From contig CASDRB010000012.1 of the NCBI GenBank assembly GCA_949283025.1, positions 197,384 through 261,383 on the forward strand: 64,000 nt of DNA, given 5' to 3'. Of this stretch, positions 31,008-40,417 are shown one piece after another. Below the pieces are notes generated by a model. It ran no database searches. It saw only the letters and a list, made by a program, of their open reading frames with translations, and was not told the DNA's origin. Source of the DNA: an uncultured bacterium. GTDB taxonomy: Bacteria; Bacillota_I; Bacilli_A; RFN20; CAG-826. The translations under genes and the position numbers were made by a program. How positions within the stretch are numbered: position 1 is the first letter of the stretch; every line of letters begins with the position of its first letter.

Positions 31008-32819
31008 ATGAAAACACACTTTACACGAAAGAATTTTATCGTCTTATCTTGTGTCTTTTTTTATTTAGTCATCACTGCCTTTTGTGCATTGTGCCTAGAT
31101 GCTAAAAGTTCAATAGTAAGAGACGGCAATCCAATTCAATTAATTGCTAAAGCATTCGGATTTACTTTAGTATCAATTAATTTAGCAACTGGAGTATTAT
31201 GCGCGATGTTAGGAATTTATACATTGCTTTTTGCCGCTGCACTAATTTATGAAACAAGACTAGCAAAATACTATGGTGAAAAGGCTAACTCATTAAAATG
31301 GTTGGGAATTTATGTTATTACTTTTGTAGTTTGTTATGGACTAGCTATCGGCATTGGAGTTATCGCGCATATTCCAGTTGACGCTACTGCATTAGGATAT
31401 TCATTTTCATTTTGTTTACAAGCCTTTTTAATTGGCTTAATTATTTTCATATTTGCGGCAGCATTAGTCTTGTTTGCCCTACTTTTAATTTTGAACATCA
31501 AAAATTATGGAAAGCCATATAAATGGTTTGGACCAAAAGTTGAAAAGGCTGAATTAGATGAAAAACTTCAAGAAAGAATTGAAGAAAATAAACAGATTGA
31601 ACAGGGCTTATTGGCCGCTGCATTTGGCGATGTAAAAGCTCAGGGAGTCGCTCATACTACTGAATCAAACACAAATAGTTCCACTTCTGCAAATTCATCG
31701 TTAGAAAACAATTATAATTTAGTGAAAGAAAGGGTCTTCCCTGGTTTATGCAAAATTGACACTATTCATGAGATTGTTTTGCAAGAAGATTTTGCTAACG
31801 ACATAAACTTAGCCACTCTTTGTGAACAATTCCGAAACTATTTGGCTTCACATGAAAGATTATACTATGATATGCCAACTATTCGCGCTTTTGTGGCAGG
31901 ATTAAGTGCATCTCGTTTAATTATTTTAGAAGGTCTTTCTGGTACTGGTAAATCTTCAATCGCTCGTTATTTTTCTGATTTTATTAACGAAAAGTCATTT
32001 TTTGTTCCTGTTCAAGCTACTTGGCGCGATCGTACATCAGTATTAGGATTTTTTAATGATTTTTCCAAAACTTATAATGAAACCGAATTTTTAAAACATC
32101 TATATGAAGCCACATATCGAGCAAGACATGTCAATATCATGGTTTTAGATGAAATGAATATTTCCCGTATTGAATATTATTTTGCTGATTTCTTGTCAAT
32201 TATGGAATATCCGATGAATGACTGGGTTTTAAAAATAATGCAATTACCATATGATTTTGAAGCACCTCTGCATTTAGAAGATGGTGAACTTCACATTCCT
32301 GAAACGACTTGGTTTATCGGCACCGCAAATAAAGATGACTCAACATATACAATTACTGATAAAGTCTATGACCGTGCTATAGTCATCTCTTTTAGCGATC
32401 GAAACGAACCATTCCAAGTTGTTGGAAAATCTGACCCAATCACTTTATCTTATGATTATTTAATGGAACTATATAATCATGCTCAAAAAGATGAAGATAA
32501 TCGTTTAAATGGCGCTGACATCGCTAAATTTAAAACTATCACTGACCAAATTTATGATTCGTTTGATTTGACGTTTGGTAATCGTATCATGAATCAAATC
32601 GAATTATTTGTTCCAACATTTGTTGCTTGTGGCGGAACAAAAGAAGAAGCATTAGACTTTATGTTAGCCCGCAAGGTTTTAATTAAACTTGATGGCCGCT
32701 TTGAAGAATATGTTAAAAAAGGATTAGAAGAATTATTAAAATTAATCAAAAAAACTTATGGCAAAGGCAATTTTGCTTTGAGCCAAGAATTAATTGAAAG
32801 ATTATTAAAACGCTTCTAA
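31008..32819 (+). CDS. McrB-family AAA+ NTPase with N-terminal multi-TM domain
   Basis: GLSGTGKS Walker A, VLDEMNISRIEYYFADFLS Walker B, GTANKDDST (McrB NxxD), KVYDRA; about 4 TM helices in the first 170 aa; SD gaggggg. Confidence 0.8.
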   Translation: MKTHFTRKNFIVLSCVFFYLVITAFCALCLDAKSSIVRDGNPIQLIAKAFGFTLVSINLATGVLCAMLGIYTLLFAAALIYETRLAKYYGEKANSLKWLGIYVITFVVCYGLAIGIGVIAHIPVDATALGYSFSFCLQAFLIGLIIFIFAAALVLFALLLILNIKNYGKPYKWFGPKVEKAELDEKLQERIEENKQIEQGLLAAAFGDVKAQGVAHTTESNTNSSTSANSSLENNYNLVKERVFPGLCKIDTIHEIVLQEDFANDINLATLCEQFRNYLASHERLYYDMPTIRAFVAGLSASRLIILEGLSGTGKSSIARYFSDFINEKSFFVPVQATWRDRTSVLGFFNDFSKTYNETEFLKHLYEATYRARHVNIMVLDEMNISRIEYYFADFLSIMEYPMNDWVLKIMQLPYDFEAPLHLEDGELHIPETTWFIGTANKDDSTYTITDKVYDRAIVISFSDRNEPFQVVGKSDPITLSYDYLMELYNHAQKDEDNRLNGADIAKFKTITDQIYDSFDLTFGNRIMNQIELFVPTFVACGGTKEEALDFMLARKVLIKLDGRFEEYVKKGLEELLKLIKKTYGKGNFALSQELIERLLKRF

Positions 32820-32831
32820 TATTTGATAATT

Positions 32832-34184
32832 ATGCAAAAAGATAAATTTTTGGTTAAGATAAATGAATCGTTTATTCAAGCGCTTGGAATAAAGTGCGAT
32901 TTTAATAATGTAATTAAGGCGATTCATAAACAAGAAATATCTCTTTTTAGTCAACATCTTGAATCAGATTTATCATTTTTTGAAGAAATCAATTCTTTGA
33001 TTGATAAAATGATGAATATTATTTATCACCCCCATTTTCAAACGACGACAAATGAAGTTGTATTAAGAAGTGAAATTAGCCAATCTTTAAACCAAGAATC
33101 TTTTATCAAAACCACAAACGATCCATCTCTTTGGAAACAAAAACCAAACAAAGAAATGTATCCAGAATATGTTCATTCTATTGAATACATCGACACCTTG
33201 AATATCTATGAAAACAGGGTACTAATTTATGTTTATGAACAAATCTTAGCTTTTTTAGAAAACTATAAAAGTCAAACGATAACCCAAAATTCTTCTATTC
33301 AAGAATTTTATAAGCAAAAAGGTTTAGTTTTTGCTAAGCACAACATCGTCGATGATTTATTAAAAAACAAAAAAAGGATTGCCGAATTTATTCAAGGTGA
33401 TGAAGAAAAAATAGCGGAAATGAATACATTTTTAAAAGTGTATAAAAAAGCTAAAAGAATTAAATTAACTAGTTTTTATAAATTGCTTCGCCATGAAAAA
33501 ATTGCTCTGCCGTTAATGCCTACTAATATTTTAATTCACGACCTTAATTACAATTCAATTTATCGTTTTTATAAAAAATATCTAGTAGTCAAAACCGAAA
33601 AAGATGGAACTACTTATGAAGAATTAGCAAACTACATCTTCATACGTCTAATTGATGATTTAATAACATCAAAGTATAAATTTAACAAATTTAGCAAAAT
33701 AAAAATAAATCAACTTATTTTGCATCCAACAAAACCATTTGTTTGCCGCAAAGATGGTTTTAGATATTCAATTGATTATCAATTCCCGAATATTGATGTT
33801 TGTGTCTCATATAACAAATCTGCTTTAGCTTTTCATCGTTTAACAATAAGAGATAAATTATCAAATTATAGTTTTATTGATGATCGTGATATCAACACAT
33901 TTTATATCACGCTTAACAATGAATGTGATCAATACTTCAATGTTGTCGATATTAACATTAATAAACAAAACAATGATGAGCATATCTTCGACAATTTATT
34001 CAAATCAATGCGCGTTAATATTCCGTATAAAAACGATAAAGTTGAACGATGTCCAGTATGTGGTGGCATGCGTTTACAAAAGGACAAAAATTATTATTAT
34101 TGCGATAATTGTGGTTCAAAGCTTGCTAAACTAAAAATTAAGAGCAAACCGAGTCTTTGGATACAATCTTTGTGGAGGTATTGA
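32832..34184 (+). CDS. DUF2357/McrC-like partner protein with C-terminal Zn ribbon
   Basis: Directly after the McrB gene; DTLNIYENR and PTNILIHDLNYNSIYRFY resemble DUF2357 motifs; ends CPVCGG...CDNCG. Confidence 0.6.
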   Translation: MQKDKFLVKINESFIQALGIKCDFNNVIKAIHKQEISLFSQHLESDLSFFEEINSLIDKMMNIIYHPHFQTTTNEVVLRSEISQSLNQESFIKTTNDPSLWKQKPNKEMYPEYVHSIEYIDTLNIYENRVLIYVYEQILAFLENYKSQTITQNSSIQEFYKQKGLVFAKHNIVDDLLKNKKRIAEFIQGDEEKIAEMNTFLKVYKKAKRIKLTSFYKLLRHEKIALPLMPTNILIHDLNYNSIYRFYKKYLVVKTEKDGTTYEELANYIFIRLIDDLITSKYKFNKFSKIKINQLILHPTKPFVCRKDGFRYSIDYQFPNIDVCVSYNKSALAFHRLTIRDKLSNYSFIDDRDINTFYITLNNECDQYFNVVDININKQNNDEHIFDNLFKSMRVNIPYKNDKVERCPVCGGMRLQKDKNYYYCDNCGSKLAKLKIKSKPSLWIQSLWRY

Positions 34185-34186
34185 TA

Positions 34187-34969
34187 ATGGCAGATAATCA
34201 AATGTTAAAAATTAACCAAGATATTTTAACTAACAACTTGCCTGACATTGCAATAAGTTTTGAAGACCTTCATAAATCATATGGAAAAAAGGAAGTGTTA
34301 AAAGGAATCACTTTGCAAATCAAAAAAGGCGAGATTTTTGGTTTTTTAGGAAAAAACGGAGTAGGCAAATCCACTACGATAGATTGCCTTGTCGGATTAA
34401 AAGATTATAATTCAGGAACAATTAAAATTTTTGATTTGGATATCAAAAAAAATCCATTAGAAGCCAAGTCTTTATTTGGTTATGTCCCATCTGAACCTAT
34501 GACTTACGAACTCATGAGCGGGTATGAGTATCTACAATTTGTTTCGGCCGCTTATGAAATGAGTCAAGAATCATTTGATGAAAACTATCAATTCTTAAAA
34601 GAAAAATTTGCCATAGGAGACGAGGATTTAAATCGAAGAATCATCGAATATTCTCATGGTATGAAACAAAAGGTTTGTTTGATGGCCTCATTAATTCATA
34701 ATCCAAAATTATGGATTATGGATGAACCAACAGTCGGTTTAGATGTCATGGTTTATGAAACATTATTAAAAATGATGAAGGAGTATTCAAAAAGCGGAAA
34801 TACTATTTTTGTTACTTCACATAACATTGATTTAGTCGCTTCAATTTGCGATCGAGTCGCTATCATTAATAATGGTAATATAGTCAATTTGATTGACTTT
34901 AATAAAGAACCATTAAAAAGAAAGGATTTAAAACGCATCTTTTTTAGGGTGTATGGCATCAATTTATGA
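34187..34969 (+). CDS. ABC transporter ATP-binding protein (ABC-2/exporter type)
   Basis: GKNGVGKST, YSHGMKQK, MDEPTVGLD, TSHN; SD ggagg. Confidence 0.92.
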   Translation: MADNQMLKINQDILTNNLPDIAISFEDLHKSYGKKEVLKGITLQIKKGEIFGFLGKNGVGKSTTIDCLVGLKDYNSGTIKIFDLDIKKNPLEAKSLFGYVPSEPMTYELMSGYEYLQFVSAAYEMSQESFDENYQFLKEKFAIGDEDLNRRIIEYSHGMKQKVCLMASLIHNPKLWIMDEPTVGLDVMVYETLLKMMKEYSKSGNTIFVTSHNIDLVASICDRVAIINNGNIVNLIDFNKEPLKRKDLKRIFFRVYGINL

Positions 34970-36573
34970 TTTTATCTTTGGTTGGCAAAGAATATGTTGA
35001 AGCAAAAGAAAATGCTTCTAAATCAACCATAGCAGTTAAATGGATATTAACCGTATTGCTATATGCTTTTTTTGTTGCGTTAGAAGTATATATTTTTATT
35101 GCTATAAATAATAAATTGGATGAAATGTCATCATATGGCTCGTTTGATTTTATTTGTGTTTATTTATTTGTCATTACTATTATTTCTTCTATCATAGTCG
35201 TCAATAAAGCCAGAATTTCCATCTTTAAAGAAAAAGATCGGCTTTTATTATCTAAATTACCAATTACAAGTGATGATATCGTCATTTCAAAAGTTATTTA
35301 TATATATTTAAAAGAAGTCGCTAATTCTTTAATATTGGCCGCTCCTATTTTAATAACTTATGGCGCCCTTCACGAATTAAAGACTGGGTATTATATCTTT
35401 TCTTGTTTGTATCCTTTTTTTATTTCTTTTTTTAGCATCGGCGTCACAATGATTATTCTTATTCCATATAACTATATTTATAACTTTTTAAAGAAAAGAT
35501 ATATTTTACAAATTATTGTATCGTCTATTTTAGTTATTGGCTTATGCTTTGTTTATAAATACGTTTTAGAATTATTTTTAAATATTGTTAACAATTCCAA
35601 ATTGGATTATTTATTTTCTGAATCATTTATGGAATCGATCAATAAAACTGCCAGTTATTTGATACCAGTAAGTTCATATTTAAAAATGATTACAATTAAA
35701 ACTAATTTAGTTAGCAACACTTCTATATTTATTGGAGTATGTTTATTATTTAGTGTCATTGGCTTTTTCTTAGCTAGTTCATTATTAAAAAAATCACAAT
35801 TTGCCACTTCTGAAGAAACTTCAAGTGGTAAAATTAAAATCAAAAAGATAAAAACTGCCAAAAAAGCCTTAATTAGCAAGGAATTAATGTTGATTTTTAG
35901 AAACTCTAATTTCATTTTTACTTATACCGCCTTGATTATTATGCAGCCTTTTTTGACGTTGGTAGTCATCACTTCTTTAAACAAATTATTATATGATAGC
36001 CTAGAAATGTTTTTAATCTATTATCCAGAGATGATTAATGGTATCAATATTTGTATTATCTTGCTATTTTCATCTATTATTGGCGCTAGTTCAATTGAAC
36101 CATTATCAAGGGAAGGGAAAGGGCTATTAACCGTCAAACAAATCCCTATTTCTCCTATTACACAAACTTTGATTAAAATATCTATTACATCAATTATCTC
36201 TATTTTTTCTTTATTGATTTCAAATATCGTTTTGATTGGCACTTCCACTATTTCTGCAACTGTTTTTTGGGTTTCATTAGGGATAGGGATTTTGTTCACA
36301 ATTGAATTAAATATTTTGGGTTTGTTTTTAGATTTAAGACGTTTGGATGTTGATAAAAAAGCAAACATGACTTATCTTTCAGCTTTTGTATCCTTTGCTT
36401 TTCCGTTGTTATTAGGGATAATTCATTTTGCTTTAACCTTTATAAGGGTCAATGCCACCTATATTTATTTAATTGAATTTGGGCTAGCAATAATTGTTAT
36501 GATTCCTTTAATTTTGATGTATAAAAAAATAGTTAATGATGGTTTTACCAAGATGAGGAGTGAATTATTATGA
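34966..36573 (+). CDS. Large ABC-2-type permease
   Basis: More than 12 TM helices; LLSKLPI, SREGKG...QIPIS; ATGA overlap with the ATPase gene. Confidence 0.78.
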   Translation: MILSLVGKEYVEAKENASKSTIAVKWILTVLLYAFFVALEVYIFIAINNKLDEMSSYGSFDFICVYLFVITIISSIIVVNKARISIFKEKDRLLLSKLPITSDDIVISKVIYIYLKEVANSLILAAPILITYGALHELKTGYYIFSCLYPFFISFFSIGVTMIILIPYNYIYNFLKKRYILQIIVSSILVIGLCFVYKYVLELFLNIVNNSKLDYLFSESFMESINKTASYLIPVSSYLKMITIKTNLVSNTSIFIGVCLLFSVIGFFLASSLLKKSQFATSEETSSGKIKIKKIKTAKKALISKELMLIFRNSNFIFTYTALIIMQPFLTLVVITSLNKLLYDSLEMFLIYYPEMINGINICIILLFSSIIGASSIEPLSREGKGLLTVKQIPISPITQTLIKISITSIISIFSLLISNIVLIGTSTISATVFWVSLGIGILFTIELNILGLFLDLRRLDVDKKANMTYLSAFVSFAFPLLLGIIHFALTFIRVNATYIYLIEFGLAIIVMIPLILMYKKIVNDGFTKMRSELL

Positions 36574-39008
36574 AAAAGACTTTATATGTCTTATTAATCA
36601 TTCCTTTCATTGTCGCTATTTTAACTTTTGTTAACATAGTCGTTTTAAAAAACACTATTGGTGTAGATATAATCGGTATCAATTGGTCATACGCTGATGA
36701 AGAAGGCTTTCAAATTCGCGATCAATCATATCAATTGGAAGCCACCCCTATCATCGATCCAAATTATGAATTAAGTGAAGGAAATGATTTGGTGTGGTCT
36801 ATTAAAAATAAAGATGGTTCAGACAACAGTTATGCTACATTAACTGAAAATAATGGTAATTATTATCTAAAAGCTAACTTAGAAGGTTATATTGATATCA
36901 CTTGTTCAAACCGTAAAAATACAGTTTCAAGAACATTCAGTGCTCAAATATTTAAAGATGGTGCTATCATCATTAATAATGCTCAAAATCCTAGTTCAGG
37001 ACAATCTATTTCTAATATAAGAAATTATGGACAATACGATTTAATGTATGGAAATGATAAAAGCGTAAATAAGATTAAATCATCTTTAACATTAGATATT
37101 AATGTTTTATCTGCTGTTCCAAATGATACTTATTACCTTTTAGATCAAAGCGTCAATGTCGCTTTTGAAAATGGAAAAGTCAATTTTATCGGTGTTGGCC
37201 AAGCCTATTTTACCTTAGCAATCACTTCTATGCCCTACATTACATCTACTTATTCTTTTAATATTGTTGAAGATGGTATTAATGTTTACAATTATCAAGA
37301 TTTATTAGAATGCACTAACAAATCTAATGATGGGGAGATTGTTTGTTTACAAACTAATTTGCAATCTTTGCAATATACATATCAAATAGATGCTAATGGC
37401 AATTACACACAAACATATTTAAATAATAATACTAAATTGTTTGGCAATTATGATTTTAAAAACAAAAAATTTAGTTTCAAAGATGAAATTTATCGTTTTA
37501 CCACTACTTATAATCATGAATATATCGATCAATATGTTGAGCAAGCTTACAATAATGACCAACAAAAATTACAAGAATTATTACAAGTAAAAAGCGCAGT
37601 TCATGTCCAAAAAGATTTTTATGGAAATGGCTACACAATTAATACACACGAGGTGTCATATCCTACCAATGGAAAAATCGATCCTTATTCTGGAAAATTA
37701 AAACCTGGTGCAAATGATTTATTCCAAGGTCCGTTAACTTTTGTTTCTTTAGGAAAATTAGAAGCTCCAATAGTAGAAACTTACGGACAAGATAATTCTG
37801 GAATGTATATTGAAGGAAACGATATTACAATCGATGATTTAAAAATCCAAAATACAAACGATGTTGATAATTTATACAATCTTGAATATGTTGGTTCTGT
37901 AATTGATACTTTAGGAAATAATATAACAATTTCTAATTCTATCATTCGCAATGGTAGAGTAGGTTTAAGAGTATTTTCTAGCCCAGGATTTGTTTTAAAT
38001 AACTCTATGATTAGCAATGCTAGAGAATTCTTATTAAAACTTGGTTCTAATCGCTATGTTAAAACAAACGATTCAGAAACCGTATACATCGATTATCGAA
38101 ACAATCGATATTCAGGACCGATTGCCAAGTTTATGAACAATACTACTGGATTAAACGCTGATGTAATAATGGATGATACCATTAAAGATTTTCAAAACCC
38201 CATTGAAACATTAAATGCTTATTATAAAATGCAAAACGGTTTAGACAATCAAGAAGCTTTATATCGTAATGATAGAACTTTAATCTATGAACAAGAAGTA
38301 AAAATAATTGATTCTATTTTTTATACATCCGGATTGTTTGCCATTGGTTTTGATACCAATTTTAATGGACCATATTTATATAATGGATTACCATCATTTG
38401 TAAAAACGATATTATCAAGGTTGGAAGAACAACCAATTGTTCCTAATAATATTGGGGGTACATCTTATCCCACTAATTTAATAATAGAAGGCGACACCCG
38501 TTTTTATGATTATAAAGATATTGATAGCGTCGATTTATCTTGTTTAATACAAGAAAGATTTGGAGAGATTTTACATTCGATGGGCTATGATATTGAAATA
38601 ACTATCGATCAATATTTCCCAGTGAAAAAAATGTTAAAAGAATATATAACATCGCTTCAACATTTATACGCTTATCAAGAAAATGAAAAAAATTATATTA
38701 ATACAATTGTAGCGTATTATGGAGGGGGTAATAATTTATCCAATGTCGATTTAACAAGCACTACTAACCCCAATTATTCTGAAATTATTGAATTAGACTA
38801 TGCTTATGCATCTTTAACTGGAGATGGTTTAGAAACGGGCGAAGATGATTTAATTAATATGGGGTCGGCTTTATTAGCTAGATGCGTACCGATGGCGGCT
38901 GGATTTAACCCATTCAAATTCATTACTAACGGCACTTATACTGATAAGCCGTATTTATATGGTGAAACACCTAATATTGAAGATTTATATAATCGAGGAG
39001 GAAATTAA
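36570..39008 (+). CDS. Large membrane-anchored extracellular protein (Ig-like and probable beta-helix regions)
   Basis: Single N-terminal TM; Asn/Tyr-rich; DFYGNGYTI and repeated I.I.NS.I.N beta-helix-like strands; ATGA overlap with the permease gene. Confidence 0.55.
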   Translation: MKKTLYVLLIIPFIVAILTFVNIVVLKNTIGVDIIGINWSYADEEGFQIRDQSYQLEATPIIDPNYELSEGNDLVWSIKNKDGSDNSYATLTENNGNYYLKANLEGYIDITCSNRKNTVSRTFSAQIFKDGAIIINNAQNPSSGQSISNIRNYGQYDLMYGNDKSVNKIKSSLTLDINVLSAVPNDTYYLLDQSVNVAFENGKVNFIGVGQAYFTLAITSMPYITSTYSFNIVEDGINVYNYQDLLECTNKSNDGEIVCLQTNLQSLQYTYQIDANGNYTQTYLNNNTKLFGNYDFKNKKFSFKDEIYRFTTTYNHEYIDQYVEQAYNNDQQKLQELLQVKSAVHVQKDFYGNGYTINTHEVSYPTNGKIDPYSGKLKPGANDLFQGPLTFVSLGKLEAPIVETYGQDNSGMYIEGNDITIDDLKIQNTNDVDNLYNLEYVGSVIDTLGNNITISNSIIRNGRVGLRVFSSPGFVLNNSMISNAREFLLKLGSNRYVKTNDSETVYIDYRNNRYSGPIAKFMNNTTGLNADVIMDDTIKDFQNPIETLNAYYKMQNGLDNQEALYRNDRTLIYEQEVKIIDSIFYTSGLFAIGFDTNFNGPYLYNGLPSFVKTILSRLEEQPIVPNNIGGTSYPTNLIIEGDTRFYDYKDIDSVDLSCLIQERFGEILHSMGYDIEITIDQYFPVKKMLKEYITSLQHLYAYQENEKNYINTIVAYYGGGNNLSNVDLTSTTNPNYSEIIELDYAYASLTGDGLETGEDDLINMGSALLARCVPMAAGFNPFKFITNGTYTDKPYLYGETPNIEDLYNRGGN

Positions 39009-39009
39009 C

Positions 39010-40110
39010 ATGAAAAAACATTTTTGGAAAGGACTATTTGTTGCTTGTTCATTGCTATTAGCTACCCCGCTAACTGCTTGTTCAACATTTTTTGGTGGCA
39101 GCGAATATCTAATCGACGATGTCACAGCAGTGACAAATGATAATGGTGACACGGTTGTTACTATCACTTTTAGTGATAATACGGTTCCAAACGTCGTATT
39201 TACCATTCCAAAAGGACAAGAAGGAAATGGCATTAAAGATATAAAAAGCGAATATGATGAAAATGGCCAAAGAATTAAAATAACTATTTCTTTTACAGAT
39301 CCAAGTGTAGAAGATTATATATTTTATATTCCTGTCATTAAAGGTGAACAAGGTAATGGTATAAGTGAAGTTAAAGTCGACACATTGGAAAATGGTGATC
39401 AGGTTCTTACTTTTTCTTATTCAGATGGAAGAAATGATACCGTCATCACTATCCCACGCGGACAAGCCGGTAATGGCATTGAATCAATCAACATTGAGCA
39501 AGACGAACAAGGCAATTTAATCGCGACAATTACTTTTACCGACTTGGATATGCCACCAGTCAGTTTTACTATTCCTAAAGGCAATCCAGGAAATGGCATA
39601 ACTATGATTGAAACAAGCGAAACCGATGATAAATATATTCTGACAATTTATTATGATAATGGTCTAACTGATACAATTGAATTTGATAAGCCTACTACTA
39701 ATGAATGGTATTATGGAAATAATGATCCAAGCGATAATATTGGTCGTATCGGAGATTTTTATTTAAATACATATACAGGCGATGTTTTTATCAAAGTTGC
39801 TGATGGAAGCGCTAGTGGCCATTGGAAATTTTATTTAAGACTTGGCAATAACCCCGGCCAAGGAGGCGATAAAGAACAATATATTGTCGCGTTTGATTAT
39901 AATGGTGGCAATCCTATCAACCCAGATGAGCCTCATTCTGTAAAAGTTGATGAAGGAAAATGCATCGATTTACCACTAGCACAAAAAGATGGATTTGAAT
40001 TTATTGGCTGGTACACAGATTTAGTTATCGATGCCAACACAGCACATTTTACTGACGCTACCCCCGTTACTCAAGATTGGACTTTGTACGCTCATTACGA
40101 AGCTTTATAA
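39010..40110 (+). CDS. Lipoprotein with ~40-aa GxxGNGI repeats and C-terminal InlB-B/Listeria-Bacteroides-like repeat
   Basis: Lipobox LTAC; four (K/R)GxxGNGI repeats; FDYNGG...KDGFEFIGWY...WTLYAHY. Confidence 0.7.
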   Translation: MKKHFWKGLFVACSLLLATPLTACSTFFGGSEYLIDDVTAVTNDNGDTVVTITFSDNTVPNVVFTIPKGQEGNGIKDIKSEYDENGQRIKITISFTDPSVEDYIFYIPVIKGEQGNGISEVKVDTLENGDQVLTFSYSDGRNDTVITIPRGQAGNGIESINIEQDEQGNLIATITFTDLDMPPVSFTIPKGNPGNGITMIETSETDDKYILTIYYDNGLTDTIEFDKPTTNEWYYGNNDPSDNIGRIGDFYLNTYTGDVFIKVADGSASGHWKFYLRLGNNPGQGGDKEQYIVAFDYNGGNPINPDEPHSVKVDEGKCIDLPLAQKDGFEFIGWYTDLVIDANTAHFTDATPVTQDWTLYAHYEAL

Positions 40111-40137
40111 ATTTTATATATATATTAATAAATAAAC

Positions 40138-40172
40138 AAAAACACGAAGCGTCCCGAATCGCTTCGTGTTTT
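40138..40172. terminator. Bidirectional intrinsic terminator
   Basis: aaaacacgaagcg-tcccgaat-cgcttcgtgtttt between convergent genes. Confidence 0.8.
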
Positions 40173-40201
40173 ATTAACAAAATGTCAATAAATAACTATA
40201 A

Positions 40202-40348
40202 CTAATCTTCTATTAAGACAAAGTCGCTAGCTGGATGTCCACAAATTGGGCAAACAAAATCATCTGGTAATTCTTCTCCTTCATAGATGAATCCACATAT
40301 TTTGCATTGCCATTTTTTGTTAGTTTTAACTTCTTTTTTGTTTTCCAT
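40202..40348 (-). CDS. Stand-alone rubredoxin-like protein (48 aa, missed by ORF track)
   Basis: MENKKEVKTNKKWQCKICGFIYEGEELPDDFVCPICGHPASDFVLIED; SD aggag. Confidence 0.88.
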   Translation of the reverse strand: MENKKEVKTNKKWQCKICGFIYEGEELPDDFVCPICGHPASDFVLIED

Positions 40349-40417
40349 GTTTTTTCTCCTTTATATGGAATGCCATTAGTGTATGCTATTTAAAATTAAA
40401 TTAAAAGAAATATGCAC

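Noticed and set aside
31008-34184. Calling this a canonical McrBC restriction system
   Set aside because: There is no DNA-binding N-terminal domain (TM helices instead), no evident PD-(D/E)xK motif, and the pair is embedded in a secretion-type operon. Kept as McrB-like only.
39180-39610. Repeated ggtaatgg/ggaaatggcat DNA motifs as a possible CRISPR or DNA repeat array
   Set aside because: They are degenerate, in frame, and explained by the protein GNGI repeats; no cas genes are present.
28000-40110. Prophage or ICE origin of cluster 1
   Set aside because: No integrase, relaxase, VirB4, phage structural genes or att-like flanking repeats were seen.
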